A stretch of 64,000 nt of DNA, taken from positions 72,642 to 136,641 of the forward strand of contig CBDFFH010000041.1 in assembly GCA_965246715.1 (NCBI GenBank), given 5' to 3'. How positions within the stretch are numbered: the first letter of the stretch is position 1; the number at the start of each line of letters is the position of its first letter. The position numbers and the translations under genes are program-made. Origin of the DNA: Chamaesiphon sp. GTDB taxonomy: Bacteria; Cyanobacteriota; Cyanobacteriia; Cyanobacteriales; Chamaesiphonaceae. This document shows, one piece after another, positions 30,642 to 41,100 of the stretch. The notes beneath the pieces are model-generated. The model ran no database searches. It saw nothing but the letters and a program-made list of their open reading frames with translations, and was not told where the DNA came from.

Positions 30642-31361
30642 TTATTCCATTTGAGCGATGATGACAGTAATATTATCGCTACCGCCGTGCTGCTTGGCTG
30701 CATCGATTAGGGATTGCGCCGATTCTTCGATCGTACCTGTGTGCAGATGGCTGGCGATTTCATCATGGGGGACTTCTTCAGTCAAGCCATCGCTGCACAA
30801 TAACACCCGATCGCCAGAGACGACATCTTGAGTTTGAATGTTGATCTGACGCAAATCGCGACGACCCAAACAATGCGAGAGTACGTGACGAAGGGGATGA
30901 ATTTTGGCTTCCTCAGCATTGAGCTGCCCCAATTTCATCGCTCTAGCCACCCAAGTATCATCTTCGGTAATTGCATCTAATTTATCGCCTCTGAGCCGAT
31001 ACAGTCGCGAGTCACCGACATGAGCAGACCAGACCAAATCATCGCGGAACAAGATCATCACGATTGTCGTGCCCATATCGCCGCGTTGGGCGTTCTTTTC
31101 TTGATCGGCCACAATTGCATCGTTAGCCGCAATTAGCGATTGTACCAGCAGATTTTTGGTGTCGGGTTCGGTTTCCCAATGTTGGCTCAGATATGTGTGT
31201 GTCGTTTCGATCGCGATCCGACTGGCTTCTTCCCCACCAGCATGACCGCCCATACCATCGGCGACAATAAAAAATCGTCCTTCAGGATCGATATGATATG
31301 CATCTTGGTTGGCACTACGTACCATACCTTTATCTGAGAGACCTGCGAACAGAGATTTCAT
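30642..31361 (-). CDS. PP2C-type Ser/Thr phosphatase (PphA-like)
   Basis: R.ANQD, VADGMGGH, HVGDSR, LCSDGL, GGSDNIT. Confidence 0.92.
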   Translation of the reverse strand: MKSLFAGLSDKGMVRSANQDAYHIDPEGRFFIVADGMGGHAGGEEASRIAIETTHTYLSQHWETEPDTKNLLVQSLIAANDAIVADQEKNAQRGDMGTTIVMILFRDDLVWSAHVGDSRLYRLRGDKLDAITEDDTWVARAMKLGQLNAEEAKIHPLRHVLSHCLGRRDLRQINIQTQDVVSGDRVLLCSDGLTEEVPHDEIASHLHTGTIEESAQSLIDAAKQHGGSDNITVIIAQME

Positions 31362-31537
31362 AGTCTAATGCCTGTACCGATTAACAATCCGAAGTTTTAA
31401 AACAGACAAATGGAGAGAAGGCGAGTTTGGATCCAGAGATCGCAGCAGAATTGTTGGCAATCCCGATTATCTGGAGAACTTCAGTCAAAGGTTGCCACTA
31501 TTATATAGTACCCAAATTGGCACTAATCGATCGTAAC

Positions 31538-33352
31538 CTATGGCATCCGATCTTGGCGATCTAGTTTTCGCATTTGGCGAAACCAGATTACAAATGTAAT
31601 GAGATCTACAGCACCAACAATTGCTGCGGCGATCGCATACTGATTGACAAATAGCATCGTAGCAGACAATGTGAATGCTGCCACTAAGATTGCATAATTA
31701 GTGTTTTGTTGCATCGCCCCGAGTCGGCGCAAATAGCGATCGCTTTCACTCGATCGCACGCGTACACGCAGATCGCCCCGCTCTAATTTATCGATCGTGT
31801 CTTCGATCCGCCGAGGCAGTCCCAGTGCAGAAGTGCCGACTTGAGCGGCTTGTCTGCCGATTTCAGCCAAGAAAGTATTGGAATCGGGGTTGCTATTACC
31901 GTTACTATTCATAATTTGGAAAGCGAAGGGTTGGGCTGCGGTCATGAAGTTGAAATCGGGATCGAGTCCTTTGCCGACACCTTCGATCGTGGAAAATGCG
32001 CGCATCACAAAGGTAAACGTCGCCGGAAACCTAAACGGTTGCCCGTAAGCAATATCGTAGAGATCGTCGGTAATCTGCGCGATCGATTGACCTTCGATCG
32101 GTTGATCCAAGAAGTTATCTAAGAGGTACTGGATCGAGCGCCGAATCGGGTCGGTATCGGCATCGGCGGCAATCGCACCCAAACTGACTAAACCTTTGAC
32201 GACCCGATCGGCATTGCGTCCGGCGATTGCCAGGAGCGTATCCATCAGTTTTTCTTTGGTACCAGGCGCAATTCGCCCCATCATCCCAAAATCATAGAAG
32301 ATTAAGGCTCCAGTTTTTGGCTCGACAGCTACATTTCCGGGATGCGGATCGGCATGAAAAAAGCCATCGGTGAGCAGTTGTTGGAGATACGCCGTAGCAC
32401 TCTGACGGGCGATCGCTTGCCGATCGAGTCCTGCAACTTCCAACTCTTGATAATCGCTGATTTTAATCCCTGGCAGATATTCTAATGTTAACGTCCGAAC
32501 TGAAGAATATCGCCAGTAGACGCGGGGCACTCGCACCCAATCTTGCGCTCGGAAGTTGCGGCGGAAGGTATCGGCATTTTGGCCTTCACTGATGTAGTCG
32601 GTTTCCTCCCACAGGATTTTACAACACTCGTCATAAATCCCCAGCCAATCGCGGCCACCACCGCCCCATTTGGGATGATTCTGAAAGTATTTAGCAATTC
32701 CGCGCAGGATTTCGAGATCGATCGTAAATAACTTTTGCAGCCCCGGACGTTGAACTTTGACAACAACTTCCTCGCCTGTATGCAATTTTGCCAGGTGTAC
32801 CTGTCCCAGGCTCGCCGCAGCTAGCGGAATCGGCTCGAATCGATCGAATAACTCGGCAATTGGCTTACCTAAATCCCGATCGATAATTTCTTCAACCCGA
32901 GTGTAACTAAAAGCGGGTACGCGATCTTGTAACTTTGAGAGTTCTTCCACATATTCCACTGGGAATAAGTCGGCCCGGGTGGAAAATAGCTGCCCTAACT
33001 TGATAAAAGTGGGGCCTAATTCTAAAAATGTATCCCGAATCCAAATTGCTTGTCTGCGCCGCCTAGCTGCCTGTTTTGCCTCAGTGTAGCCACCAATATA
33101 ACTCCACTTCTGACCGTCGATCCAAGAACCATTCAGGAAAGTCAGAAAAAACGACCAAATATCGATCGTTCGCCGTCGCTTGGAGTAATTAGTTCGATTC
33201 CACCGATAGGTACGATTGTCACTACTAAACTGAGGATCTGTTGTAGTTTTGGACATGGAAATAACAGACGACTCTAGTACGGTAGTCTCGGGTGGTAATA
33301 ACATTCGATCGCCTTGAATCGGCGGCACTCCAGCTTCGGAAATAGCAGTCAT
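31538..33352 (-). CDS. ABC1/AarF/UbiB atypical kinase
   Basis: LGPTFIKLGQ, AAASLGQVH, VVKVQRP, FHADPHPGN, YDFGM. Confidence 0.93.
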   Translation of the reverse strand: MTAISEAGVPPIQGDRMLLPPETTVLESSVISMSKTTTDPQFSSDNRTYRWNRTNYSKRRRTIDIWSFFLTFLNGSWIDGQKWSYIGGYTEAKQAARRRRQAIWIRDTFLELGPTFIKLGQLFSTRADLFPVEYVEELSKLQDRVPAFSYTRVEEIIDRDLGKPIAELFDRFEPIPLAAASLGQVHLAKLHTGEEVVVKVQRPGLQKLFTIDLEILRGIAKYFQNHPKWGGGGRDWLGIYDECCKILWEETDYISEGQNADTFRRNFRAQDWVRVPRVYWRYSSVRTLTLEYLPGIKISDYQELEVAGLDRQAIARQSATAYLQQLLTDGFFHADPHPGNVAVEPKTGALIFYDFGMMGRIAPGTKEKLMDTLLAIAGRNADRVVKGLVSLGAIAADADTDPIRRSIQYLLDNFLDQPIEGQSIAQITDDLYDIAYGQPFRFPATFTFVMRAFSTIEGVGKGLDPDFNFMTAAQPFAFQIMNSNGNSNPDSNTFLAEIGRQAAQVGTSALGLPRRIEDTIDKLERGDLRVRVRSSESDRYLRRLGAMQQNTNYAILVAAFTLSATMLFVNQYAIAAAIVGAVDLITFVIWFRQMRKLDRQDRMP

Positions 33353-33356
33353 TCAA

Positions 33357-33457
33357 TTTTGGATTTTGGATTTTACGGATGCGCGCTCGTCGTTATTGGA
33401 GGGAACCTCTAAGGGTTCCCCGATGTAGGTTTAGCGCACCAAGCAGGATTTTGGATT
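33357..33457. repeat. TTTTGGA heptamer array interrupted by a palindromic dispersed repeat
   Basis: ttttgga repeats around gcgcgctcgtcg...gcgcaccaag; similar insert near 60495-60535. Confidence 0.6.
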
Positions 33458-33618
33458 GTCTGTTCCGCGAACGGACGGCAGATCTAAAGAGGGAAAACTT
33501 TACATTGATTCCCTTTAAAGGGGATGACTGAAACCTGTTTTCTTCAGTTAATTCAAGCTTGTGAAGTCACTCGCCACGGTTCGCTATTCTCTATTTCCTA
33601 TTCCCTATCCCCGATCCT

Positions 33619-33939
33619 TTACACTCGATACTTTTGAATCTCAGCTCTGAGTCTGGCAATTTCTGCTCTAAGCTCATCGATCGTTTCTTGGATATCGATC
33701 GATTGCCCTTGAGCGTTAACTGTAGTAGTTTGCCCACTAGCGTTGTTGGTTTCTCGGGCGGCACGTTCTAGCACTTCTTGGGTAAACTGCCAGAGTTTTT
33801 CGCCCTGTTCGGCATCAAGCTTGCCGAGTTCGCTCAAGGTATATGTCAATGTCTCACCCAGCTTGTCATTGATAGATTGTGCTAAAGCACGACCGACAAA
33901 AAAACTATTCAGTACGGGGTTTGTCATAACTGGCTGCAA
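33619..33939 (-). CDS. DUF6825-like conserved cyanobacterial protein
   Basis: NPVLNSFFVGRALA..LSELGKLDAEQ..IDELRAEIARLR; usual neighbour of ABC1 kinase. Confidence 0.8.
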   Translation of the reverse strand: MQPVMTNPVLNSFFVGRALAQSINDKLGETLTYTLSELGKLDAEQGEKLWQFTQEVLERAARETNNASGQTTTVNAQGQSIDIQETIDELRAEIARLRAEIQKYRV

Positions 33940-34050
33940 TTGATGAGGCTTCCGTAAAGAATTATAACGCGATGAGGGTTGCTGTTGGGGAATGAGTGTG
34001 GGAGCAAGGGGAGTAGAAATATTTATGATTTAGCTCTCGATCTTCCCCGA

Positions 34051-35991
34051 TTACCCTTTGGCTCCAAAAACTGGCGTTAGTGCATGTGGTACGACCACGT
34101 ATTTACTTAGGGCTTGACGAGTAGCTGCGACACTACAAGCAAGGGCGATCCGTTCTTGTTGCAGAATGCCAACGACACAATGTTCCTTGAGCGAGGCACC
34201 CGAACAGGCAGCCGTATCGCATAAGCTTACGCCAATACCAGCGCGGCGTTCGAGTACGGGTAATTGATGCAAACCTCTGGCCGTCATCCGATCGAGTGCT
34301 TCGCTAATCGGCTCGTCACTCTCGGCATAAAACAGATATTTGGTACAGATACTACCGACGCTACTAGCTAGCAATCGATCTGGTTCTGGGGAAGCTTCTG
34401 CTTGGGCGATCGCCCGGCTGAGATCGTGTAGCGTAACGATCCCCAATAACTCATCCCGAGTGTCGATGACTAGAGCGCTATGACAATTATTTTGGGTTAA
34501 TTTCAATCCAGCCGCCAGAATATCTACATCCGATCCCAACTGGAGGTAGTTAGTATCCATCGCATCCCGCACGCACAAATTTTGGAGGATCGCCCGATCT
34601 CGATCGGGTTGAACGCTCAGTGCTAATTTATCTAACTTATCTGGCGTTTTAGCTTTGGGATTCATGCGTTCGATCGCCCAAATACTCAAACCCACACAGG
34701 CCATTACAGGCAGGACGATCCGATAGTCGCGGGTCAGCTCGAACATGAGTAAAATCGCCGTCAAGGGCGCTCTGGCACTACTGGCGAGTACCGCAGCCAT
34801 TCCCACCATTGCATAGGCTGGCGGAGCCGCAATCTGGCTGCTAAGAGCCGGAAATAACAAGACTAGGGATTTGCCATAAATCGCCCCCATCGTCGCGCCC
34901 AGAAACATCGAAGGAGCAAATAAACCGCCGACTAAGCCACTGCCCAAACTTACTGATGTCATCAGCAGCTTAATCGCCAAAATCGAGGCTAGTAAAGGCA
35001 GCGAAAATTGGACATCCTGCAACATCGCCTCGATCGTCTCATAACCGATGCCTGTCACCTGTGGAAACTTCAATGCCACGAGACCGACGATCGCACCACC
35101 GACTACTGGAGTCAAGCAGCGGGGAATTTTGCCCAACCAGGATAAATAACTAACGCGACCCTGAAAAGCTTCCCGTGCTACGTCGAGCGTTTGAGTATAT
35201 GCATAAGACACTAGACTTGCCAACCCACCTAGCAAAAGATAGAGCGGTAGCTCGAATAAACTACGCACCTCATAAACAGGTAGGGCGAAAGCTGGCTTTC
35301 CACCCAAGCCAATTTGAGCGACTAGGGAGGCAACTACCGCAGCCAGCACCACTACACTCACGGCTGAAGTAGCAAAAGTCGTACCTAATACTAATTCCAA
35401 CGCAAAAAATACGCCAGCGATCGGGGCATTAAATCCAGCCGCAATCCCCGCCGCTGCACCCGCTCCAAGCAATAATCGCTGCCGTTCTTGCGAGGCATTT
35501 AACATCTGACCCAAAAACATCCCTAGATTCGCGCCGATTTCCACGCTCGGCCCCTCTGGCCCCAGCGATGCGCCCGTTCCCAGCGATACCGCTGCTGCGA
35601 CCATTTTTACCAACCCCCGCCAGGGGGTGATTTTCTGACCTTCCTGAGTAGCCGCGATCATCGAATTCATATTCGGGCCAAAATCCCGCCAATACCACCG
35701 CATGATCCCCACGACGATCCCACCGATCGGCGGTATCAATGCGTATAGCCAAGCTCCTTGGATGTGAAACAATGCCTTGACATCATCGACAATTAGTGCA
35801 TGAGTCGAACTATGAAATAGGTCGATGAGGTAGTGAAATAAAATCACGCCTAACCCTGCCGCTCCACCAATGAGCACGGATAGTAGCATCACTACCAGCC
35901 CAGGTGAGGGATCGAGACGATTGAGCTTACTAGTCAGGCGCGAAATAATTGGTGTCATGGGGGACACTGCAGATGGCGGAATTGCGGTCAT
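34051..35991 (-). CDS. ClC chloride channel/antiporter with CBS domains
   Basis: GPEGP, GFNAPIAG, GGLFAP, CBS pair. Confidence 0.92.
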   Translation of the reverse strand: MTAIPPSAVSPMTPIISRLTSKLNRLDPSPGLVVMLLSVLIGGAAGLGVILFHYLIDLFHSSTHALIVDDVKALFHIQGAWLYALIPPIGGIVVGIMRWYWRDFGPNMNSMIAATQEGQKITPWRGLVKMVAAAVSLGTGASLGPEGPSVEIGANLGMFLGQMLNASQERQRLLLGAGAAAGIAAGFNAPIAGVFFALELVLGTTFATSAVSVVVLAAVVASLVAQIGLGGKPAFALPVYEVRSLFELPLYLLLGGLASLVSYAYTQTLDVAREAFQGRVSYLSWLGKIPRCLTPVVGGAIVGLVALKFPQVTGIGYETIEAMLQDVQFSLPLLASILAIKLLMTSVSLGSGLVGGLFAPSMFLGATMGAIYGKSLVLLFPALSSQIAAPPAYAMVGMAAVLASSARAPLTAILLMFELTRDYRIVLPVMACVGLSIWAIERMNPKAKTPDKLDKLALSVQPDRDRAILQNLCVRDAMDTNYLQLGSDVDILAAGLKLTQNNCHSALVIDTRDELLGIVTLHDLSRAIAQAEASPEPDRLLASSVGSICTKYLFYAESDEPISEALDRMTARGLHQLPVLERRAGIGVSLCDTAACSGASLKEHCVVGILQQERIALACSVAATRQALSKYVVVPHALTPVFGAKG

Positions 35992-36093
35992 GGATAACGC
36001 CAGAACTATGAGAAGGTGATTAAATTTTGTTAATTTAATTGTAATATCTATTTGGCTAGATTGGGGATCGGAATAATGGCTAGTGGCTAGCTA

Positions 36094-37530
36094 CTAACCT
36101 CTTCCCCGATCGATCGTCCCTTCCATCGCTGTTTGTAACTCTTGCGTGAGATCGATGACGGCTTGCTTGGCTTGTTGGCGACCGCTGATATAACGATCCC
36201 AATAATCAGAAATCGGAATGGGATTGCAAATCGTAATTTGAACGCGACGTTTGCCGAGGATCGGATGTTGGGCGGGATTTTCGCCTTTAATTTGAGCGAC
36301 GAGATCCCATAGTAATAACGTAATTTCGGCAAACCGATCGATCGATGGTTTGTCTTTGACGTAGGAACCCGTTACTGCGACAAAGCTTTCGACGATCCGC
36401 ATGTGCCACATCCGCAGATCGGCTTCTGTCGCAATCCGATCGGCTAATTTATGACTGACTGTAGATAAACTCTGCGGGGGTTTGAGTTCTTCCCGATAGA
36501 TCCAGTCCCAACCCGCTTGTTCGATCCGCCGACAACGATCGGTCTTTGAGCCTTTGGCGGTGACGTTGAAATAACTTTCCGATACTTGGAGCGCAAAATC
36601 TAAAATATGTTGCAATCTTTGAGAAATTTCCGTCCGTGAAATCGCTCTTTCTAACAGTGGACGTTCGGGAATTTGATAGTGGTAAAACTGAGCGTAAAAA
36701 TTCTCCATTTGATAGAGGAGATTTTGACTGAGCTTATAAAACCTGTCGTAGAGCATTTTCCGCATCGGTCGCCCATCTTTTTGCTGGATCGCTACGAGCG
36801 AATCGTGTCGATCTATTACCATGCCACATTCGAGTTCCAATTGATGGATCAGTCGTTCCAGATTAGCCCATGGTTCGTCGACATAATAATACTGGATGCC
36901 GATCGAGACAATAAACACATCCTCTTTTCTACCCGCCTTGACTAAATCCTCCATCGCCCAAAAGCAGAGCTGAGCCGCACCGGATTCCAGTGGGCTGACA
37001 AGTTCGCTATGTCCGTTAGTCGCGCCTTCAGGTGCCAATGCCAGCGGCATCAGACCATTAACCAGTAAGTCTCTTGCTGTCTTCAAGCCCAACCTGTCGG
37101 CACGACCGCGATGAATGGGGATGCCACCCAATCTCGGCAACAACCAACCGACAAATTCCCCCGCCCACAGCGGAATCCCGCGATCGTAGAGGAAGTGGGC
37201 AAATACAGGCGAGCTAAGCTGAATCCGATGCTTCCGCGCCGCCGCAGGCAAAATTTTGGTTAATAAGTATCCCAGGCAAAATGGGTCGAGGCTACTGGGA
37301 TGACGAAAAGCCAATACCAGCCGTAGCTTGCCCATCTGAGACTGCTTATACATTTCCACCAATCGATCGATATCGACAGCATCGATCCGACTGATTTGCA
37401 GTTTGTGTTTCAACCAATAAGGGAGTACCCAAGTTAATAGTCTCAGTACCCAAACATTAAATTTAGGTGGTAAAAAGGCTAATGGTGCTCTAGCTTTGGT
37501 AATTTGGGACATTGTAAAAATACGCTCCAA
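36094..37530 (-). CDS. PlsC-like acyltransferase
   Basis: FRHPSSLD, LAPEGATNGH. Confidence 0.85.
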   Translation of the reverse strand: MERIFTMSQITKARAPLAFLPPKFNVWVLRLLTWVLPYWLKHKLQISRIDAVDIDRLVEMYKQSQMGKLRLVLAFRHPSSLDPFCLGYLLTKILPAAARKHRIQLSSPVFAHFLYDRGIPLWAGEFVGWLLPRLGGIPIHRGRADRLGLKTARDLLVNGLMPLALAPEGATNGHSELVSPLESGAAQLCFWAMEDLVKAGRKEDVFIVSIGIQYYYVDEPWANLERLIHQLELECGMVIDRHDSLVAIQQKDGRPMRKMLYDRFYKLSQNLLYQMENFYAQFYHYQIPERPLLERAISRTEISQRLQHILDFALQVSESYFNVTAKGSKTDRCRRIEQAGWDWIYREELKPPQSLSTVSHKLADRIATEADLRMWHMRIVESFVAVTGSYVKDKPSIDRFAEITLLLWDLVAQIKGENPAQHPILGKRRVQITICNPIPISDYWDRYISGRQQAKQAVIDLTQELQTAMEGTIDRGRG

Positions 37531-37638
37531 CCACGTAGAGCCTATCCTAAATAGGAAAATTAGTCACCGTGTAAATGACTGATTTCTCTGGAGAAGGTGG
37601 GGACTGGTGGGAAGACAGGAAAAATATCTAACTCTTCC

Positions 37639-38793
37639 TTACCTCTCCCGTAGCGGAATCACCTTCGCCACCGTAGACTCACGAGCGACGCGGATCGACA
37701 GTGCTGATAGGATCAGTGAAGCCACGATCGAACTCCCCCCATAACTGAACATCGGCAATGGTAACCCCGTAGTCGGCAGCGTTCCGGAAGCAACACCGAT
37801 GTTAAACAGCGACTGCAGGACGATAAAAGTTGTCGAACCGAGTGCCACCAAGCGATGTACCGGATGATTGCTCCGTAAAGCAATCAGCAAGCCTAATGTG
37901 GCATAGCTCATCACCATCAGCAACAGCAAAATTCCACCTACTAGCCCAAATTCTTCCGCAAATACCGAGAAAATAAAATCCGTATCCTGAATTGGTAAAT
38001 AGTCCAATTTCTGCTGCGATAAGCCAAACCCTTTGCCTAATAAACCGCCAGAACCGATCGCGATCGAACTTTGAACCAGTTGAAAGCCATCGCCGCGCGG
38101 ATTTGCCCAAGGATTGAGGAACGAGAGCATTCGCGCCATCTGATAAGGATTGATAATCATGCTCGCCCATGCCACCAACACCCCACCAATTGCCGTTCCA
38201 GCTAGATATCGTAGTGGTAATCCCGCACCAAAAGCGATCGACCACAACCCGATCGCGCACAATGATGTGGTACTGAGATTGGGTTGTTTCAAAATAGCCA
38301 ACAACACGAGGACGAATACACCCAGCCAGGTTACTTTTACCTTGACAGGATATTTGTCCCAACGTCCAAAAATTTTTGCACCTTGCAATACTAGAAAGGG
38401 CTTAATTAGCTCCGATGGCTGCAATTGAATCGGCCCGAGGGCAATCCAGCGCGTCGCCCCCATTGTATTTTTTCCAATACCAGTAAAGACAGTTAGTAGT
38501 AGTAATATTAAGATTCCCAATAATAGCCAAGAAGCTGCTTTGAGTGGCTTCTGGAGTGGCAGATGAACGATAATATTAAAGATGACTAAACTAACAGAAA
38601 TCGCCATGAGTTGGCGTAAAAAATAGTATAAGCCATCATTCTTTTCCACTTCGCCATGATAATAAGAAGCAGAAAATAGCACGAATAGCCCGATCGCTAA
38701 CCAGAGGAAAGTCAACCATCGCATCAATCGGGCTGTTAACGACCAATCTTTGACAGTAGGATCGAAAAATGGGATTAAAAGGCGAATGTTCAC
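37639..38793 (-). CDS. ftsW: SEDS protein FtsW
   Basis: GATRWI..QPSELIK, KQPNL, TDFIFSVFAEEFG, GLPLPMFSYGGS. Confidence 0.9.
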   Translation of the reverse strand: MNIRLLIPFFDPTVKDWSLTARLMRWLTFLWLAIGLFVLFSASYYHGEVEKNDGLYYFLRQLMAISVSLVIFNIIVHLPLQKPLKAASWLLLGILILLLLTVFTGIGKNTMGATRWIALGPIQLQPSELIKPFLVLQGAKIFGRWDKYPVKVKVTWLGVFVLVLLAILKQPNLSTTSLCAIGLWSIAFGAGLPLRYLAGTAIGGVLVAWASMIINPYQMARMLSFLNPWANPRGDGFQLVQSSIAIGSGGLLGKGFGLSQQKLDYLPIQDTDFIFSVFAEEFGLVGGILLLLMVMSYATLGLLIALRSNHPVHRLVALGSTTFIVLQSLFNIGVASGTLPTTGLPLPMFSYGGSSIVASLILSALSIRVARESTVAKVIPLRER

Positions 38794-38893
38794 GATAGGG
38801 AATGGGGATTAGTGACTAATGAATATCGATCGACTGTTGGTACCAAAAAACTTATGCCCGTTCGCTCCAACCTCTGACTGTTATATCGCTTTT

Positions 38894-38938
38894 AAATTCC
38901 CCTCCAAAGAGGGGTGCTCGGAGGGCGGGGTGGGTTCC
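38894..38938. repeat. Intergenic REP-like repeat
   Basis: cccctccaaagagggg-tgctcggagggcggggtggg. Confidence 0.5.
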
Positions 38939-38957
38939 AGATTCGATCGAGTAGTTG

Positions 38958-39854
38958 CTATCCTTTCCGCTTTAACATCTCCCACGCTAATTTTGCCGCA
39001 CCAGCGATCCCTGCTTGATTACCTAGTTCTGCGGCGATGATTTTAAAATCCGGACGGGAGACCGCCATCACTCGACTGGCGATCTCTCGCTCGGCTGCAG
39101 GCAGAAAATATTTGGCACTGGCACTAATTCCGCCGCCGATAATCGCGACTTCCGGTGTCAGGATATACATGATACTCGTCAACCCGATGCCTAAGTTACG
39201 ACCGTAACTTTCCCAAAATCTTAGCGCATCAGGGTCGCCTGTTGCGGCTAATTCTCCGAGCGTGTGCGGTTCTTTGCCAGCGATCCGGCGAATTGCTTGG
39301 CCAGAGAGAAACTGTTCGAGCGAGCCACGATTGCCACTGTTGCAGGGATGGCCATCGGCAGCTAACACGATCAAGCCTAGCTCCCCCGCACTTCCTGCAT
39401 GTCCAGTAAATAACTCTCCATTCAGAAAGACCGCACCCCCAACCCCCGTACCCAACGTTAATAAGACAAAATCCTGGTAATGTCGCCCTGCACCCAACCA
39501 CCGTTCGCCCAATCCCGCGCAATTGCCATCATTTCCCACGATCGTGGGGATGCCAGTCCGCGATTGCAGCAGGGTAGCCACCGGGATATCGATCCACCCC
39601 TCTAAATTAATGGCAATTTTCGCCACCCGTCCCCCGACATCGGCTGGCCCAGGTGTACCCACCCCAATCGCCGCAATCTCAGCGCGTTCTGGCGCTAATT
39701 TCTCGATCGCATACACGATCGTATCGATGACCGCCTCGGGATGTGCTGGTTGTGGGGTGGGAACACTCAGCGACTGGGTGCAAGTCCCATCTGGCGTAAA
39801 CCGACCCAATTTTATCGCCGTACCACCCAGATCGATCCCGATTACTTCTGTCAT
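38958..39854 (-). CDS. ROK family sugar kinase (glucokinase-like)
   Basis: GIDLGGT, NDGNCA, LGTGVGG, GELG..CNSGNRGSLE. Confidence 0.92.
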   Translation of the reverse strand: MTEVIGIDLGGTAIKLGRFTPDGTCTQSLSVPTPQPAHPEAVIDTIVYAIEKLAPERAEIAAIGVGTPGPADVGGRVAKIAINLEGWIDIPVATLLQSRTGIPTIVGNDGNCAGLGERWLGAGRHYQDFVLLTLGTGVGGAVFLNGELFTGHAGSAGELGLIVLAADGHPCNSGNRGSLEQFLSGQAIRRIAGKEPHTLGELAATGDPDALRFWESYGRNLGIGLTSIMYILTPEVAIIGGGISASAKYFLPAAEREIASRVMAVSRPDFKIIAAELGNQAGIAGAAKLAWEMLKRKG

Positions 39855-39910
39855 GTCTAACTTATTCTGAGATGTTGCAAAAATCCTACCGACTCTATCC
39901 CCTATTCCCG

Positions 39911-40840
39911 TTATCGTTGTCGATCGCGCGGATTGATTAACTCACTCATCCCTTCGCCCAATAGCGACAACCCTGTAACCATCAACGTCAACGCCAAGCC
40001 AGGAAACAAAGTCGTCCACCAAATCCCGGTCGAAAGTGCAGGTAAAGCTTGTTTGAGATCGTGCCCCCATTCCGCCACCTCATCCGGTAAACCCAAACCG
40101 AGAAAACCCAAACCACCCAAAACTAAAATCGCATCGGCTGCATTGAGTGTAAAGAGTACGGGTACGCTTTGCACCACATTTGCAAACAGATATTTTCTCA
40201 ACACATGAGCAGTCGATGCACCTAGAGCCTGTGCCGCTTCGACAAACATTTGGGTCTTGAGACTCGCAGTTTGATTGCGGACCACTCGAAAATACTGCGG
40301 AATATAGGAAATACTCAACGCGATCGCGGCATTAAACACCCCCTTACCAACGATAAACGCCAACGTCACCGATAATAATAATCCCGGCAAGGTGTAAATC
40401 GTATCCATTAAGAATAATAAAACCCGATCGAGATTGCCACCCAAATAGCCGCTCACCATCCCTAACGGCACCCCAATCAGCAAACTCATCAAAGTTGCCA
40501 AAATTACCACTTGAAGCGCCGCCTGGGTACCAAATAGCGTCCGCGCAAACACATCATATCCCTCCCGACTGGTGCCAAACCAATGCTGCAACGAGGGTGC
40601 CTGATTGATTGGATTGTATGGCGGTGTCGCGCTACCCAATAAGTCTTGTGGATCTTGGAGTAAACCAATCGCTTGTAATAGCGGTGCAAATAGTGCGATC
40701 GCGACAAAACTAGCCGTAATTATTATGCCCAATACTAATAGTTGGGTAGAGAGCAGCTTACGGCGCTCGTGTAGCAGTAGCTTGACCGATCCGAAGGAAA
40801 TTTTGCTCGCAGCCATAGAAAAGTTTGCAACGATCGACAA
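39911..40840 (-). CDS. Peptide/nickel ABC permease (DppC-like)
   Basis: HWFGT..GYDVF, FVEAAQALGAS (EAA loop), WWTTLFPG. Confidence 0.9.
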   Translation of the reverse strand: MSIVANFSMAASKISFGSVKLLLHERRKLLSTQLLVLGIIITASFVAIALFAPLLQAIGLLQDPQDLLGSATPPYNPINQAPSLQHWFGTSREGYDVFARTLFGTQAALQVVILATLMSLLIGVPLGMVSGYLGGNLDRVLLFLMDTIYTLPGLLLSVTLAFIVGKGVFNAAIALSISYIPQYFRVVRNQTASLKTQMFVEAAQALGASTAHVLRKYLFANVVQSVPVLFTLNAADAILVLGGLGFLGLGLPDEVAEWGHDLKQALPALSTGIWWTTLFPGLALTLMVTGLSLLGEGMSELINPRDRQR

Positions 40841-40878
40841 ATAGTTCGCTTAGTATAAGTCGATCTGTCATCCAAATT

Positions 40879-41091
40879 TCATGTCAGCAATTTAATTTCT
40901 CGCTCGACTTCGCTCAGTTGCCGATCGATCTCGCCCAACTGTGCTTCGAGGTTCGTGCGATCGGCACCACTCAAGGTACAGTCAAATTGTCGGGTGGTGG
41001 CTTGGTATAAGTCAGTGAGATTGTTGCGGTGAGTTTGCAAGCTGTCGAGTTGCAGCTCTCTATCCGATCGATTGAGATGTAAATTACTCAT
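40879..41091 (-). CDS. Small helical protein, EAD9-like
   Basis: LYQATTRQFDCTLSGADRTNLEAQLGEIDRQLSEVE. Confidence 0.55.
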   Translation of the reverse strand: MSNLHLNRSDRELQLDSLQTHRNNLTDLYQATTRQFDCTLSGADRTNLEAQLGEIDRQLSEVEREIKLLT

Positions 41092-41100
41092 TACTTGAAT

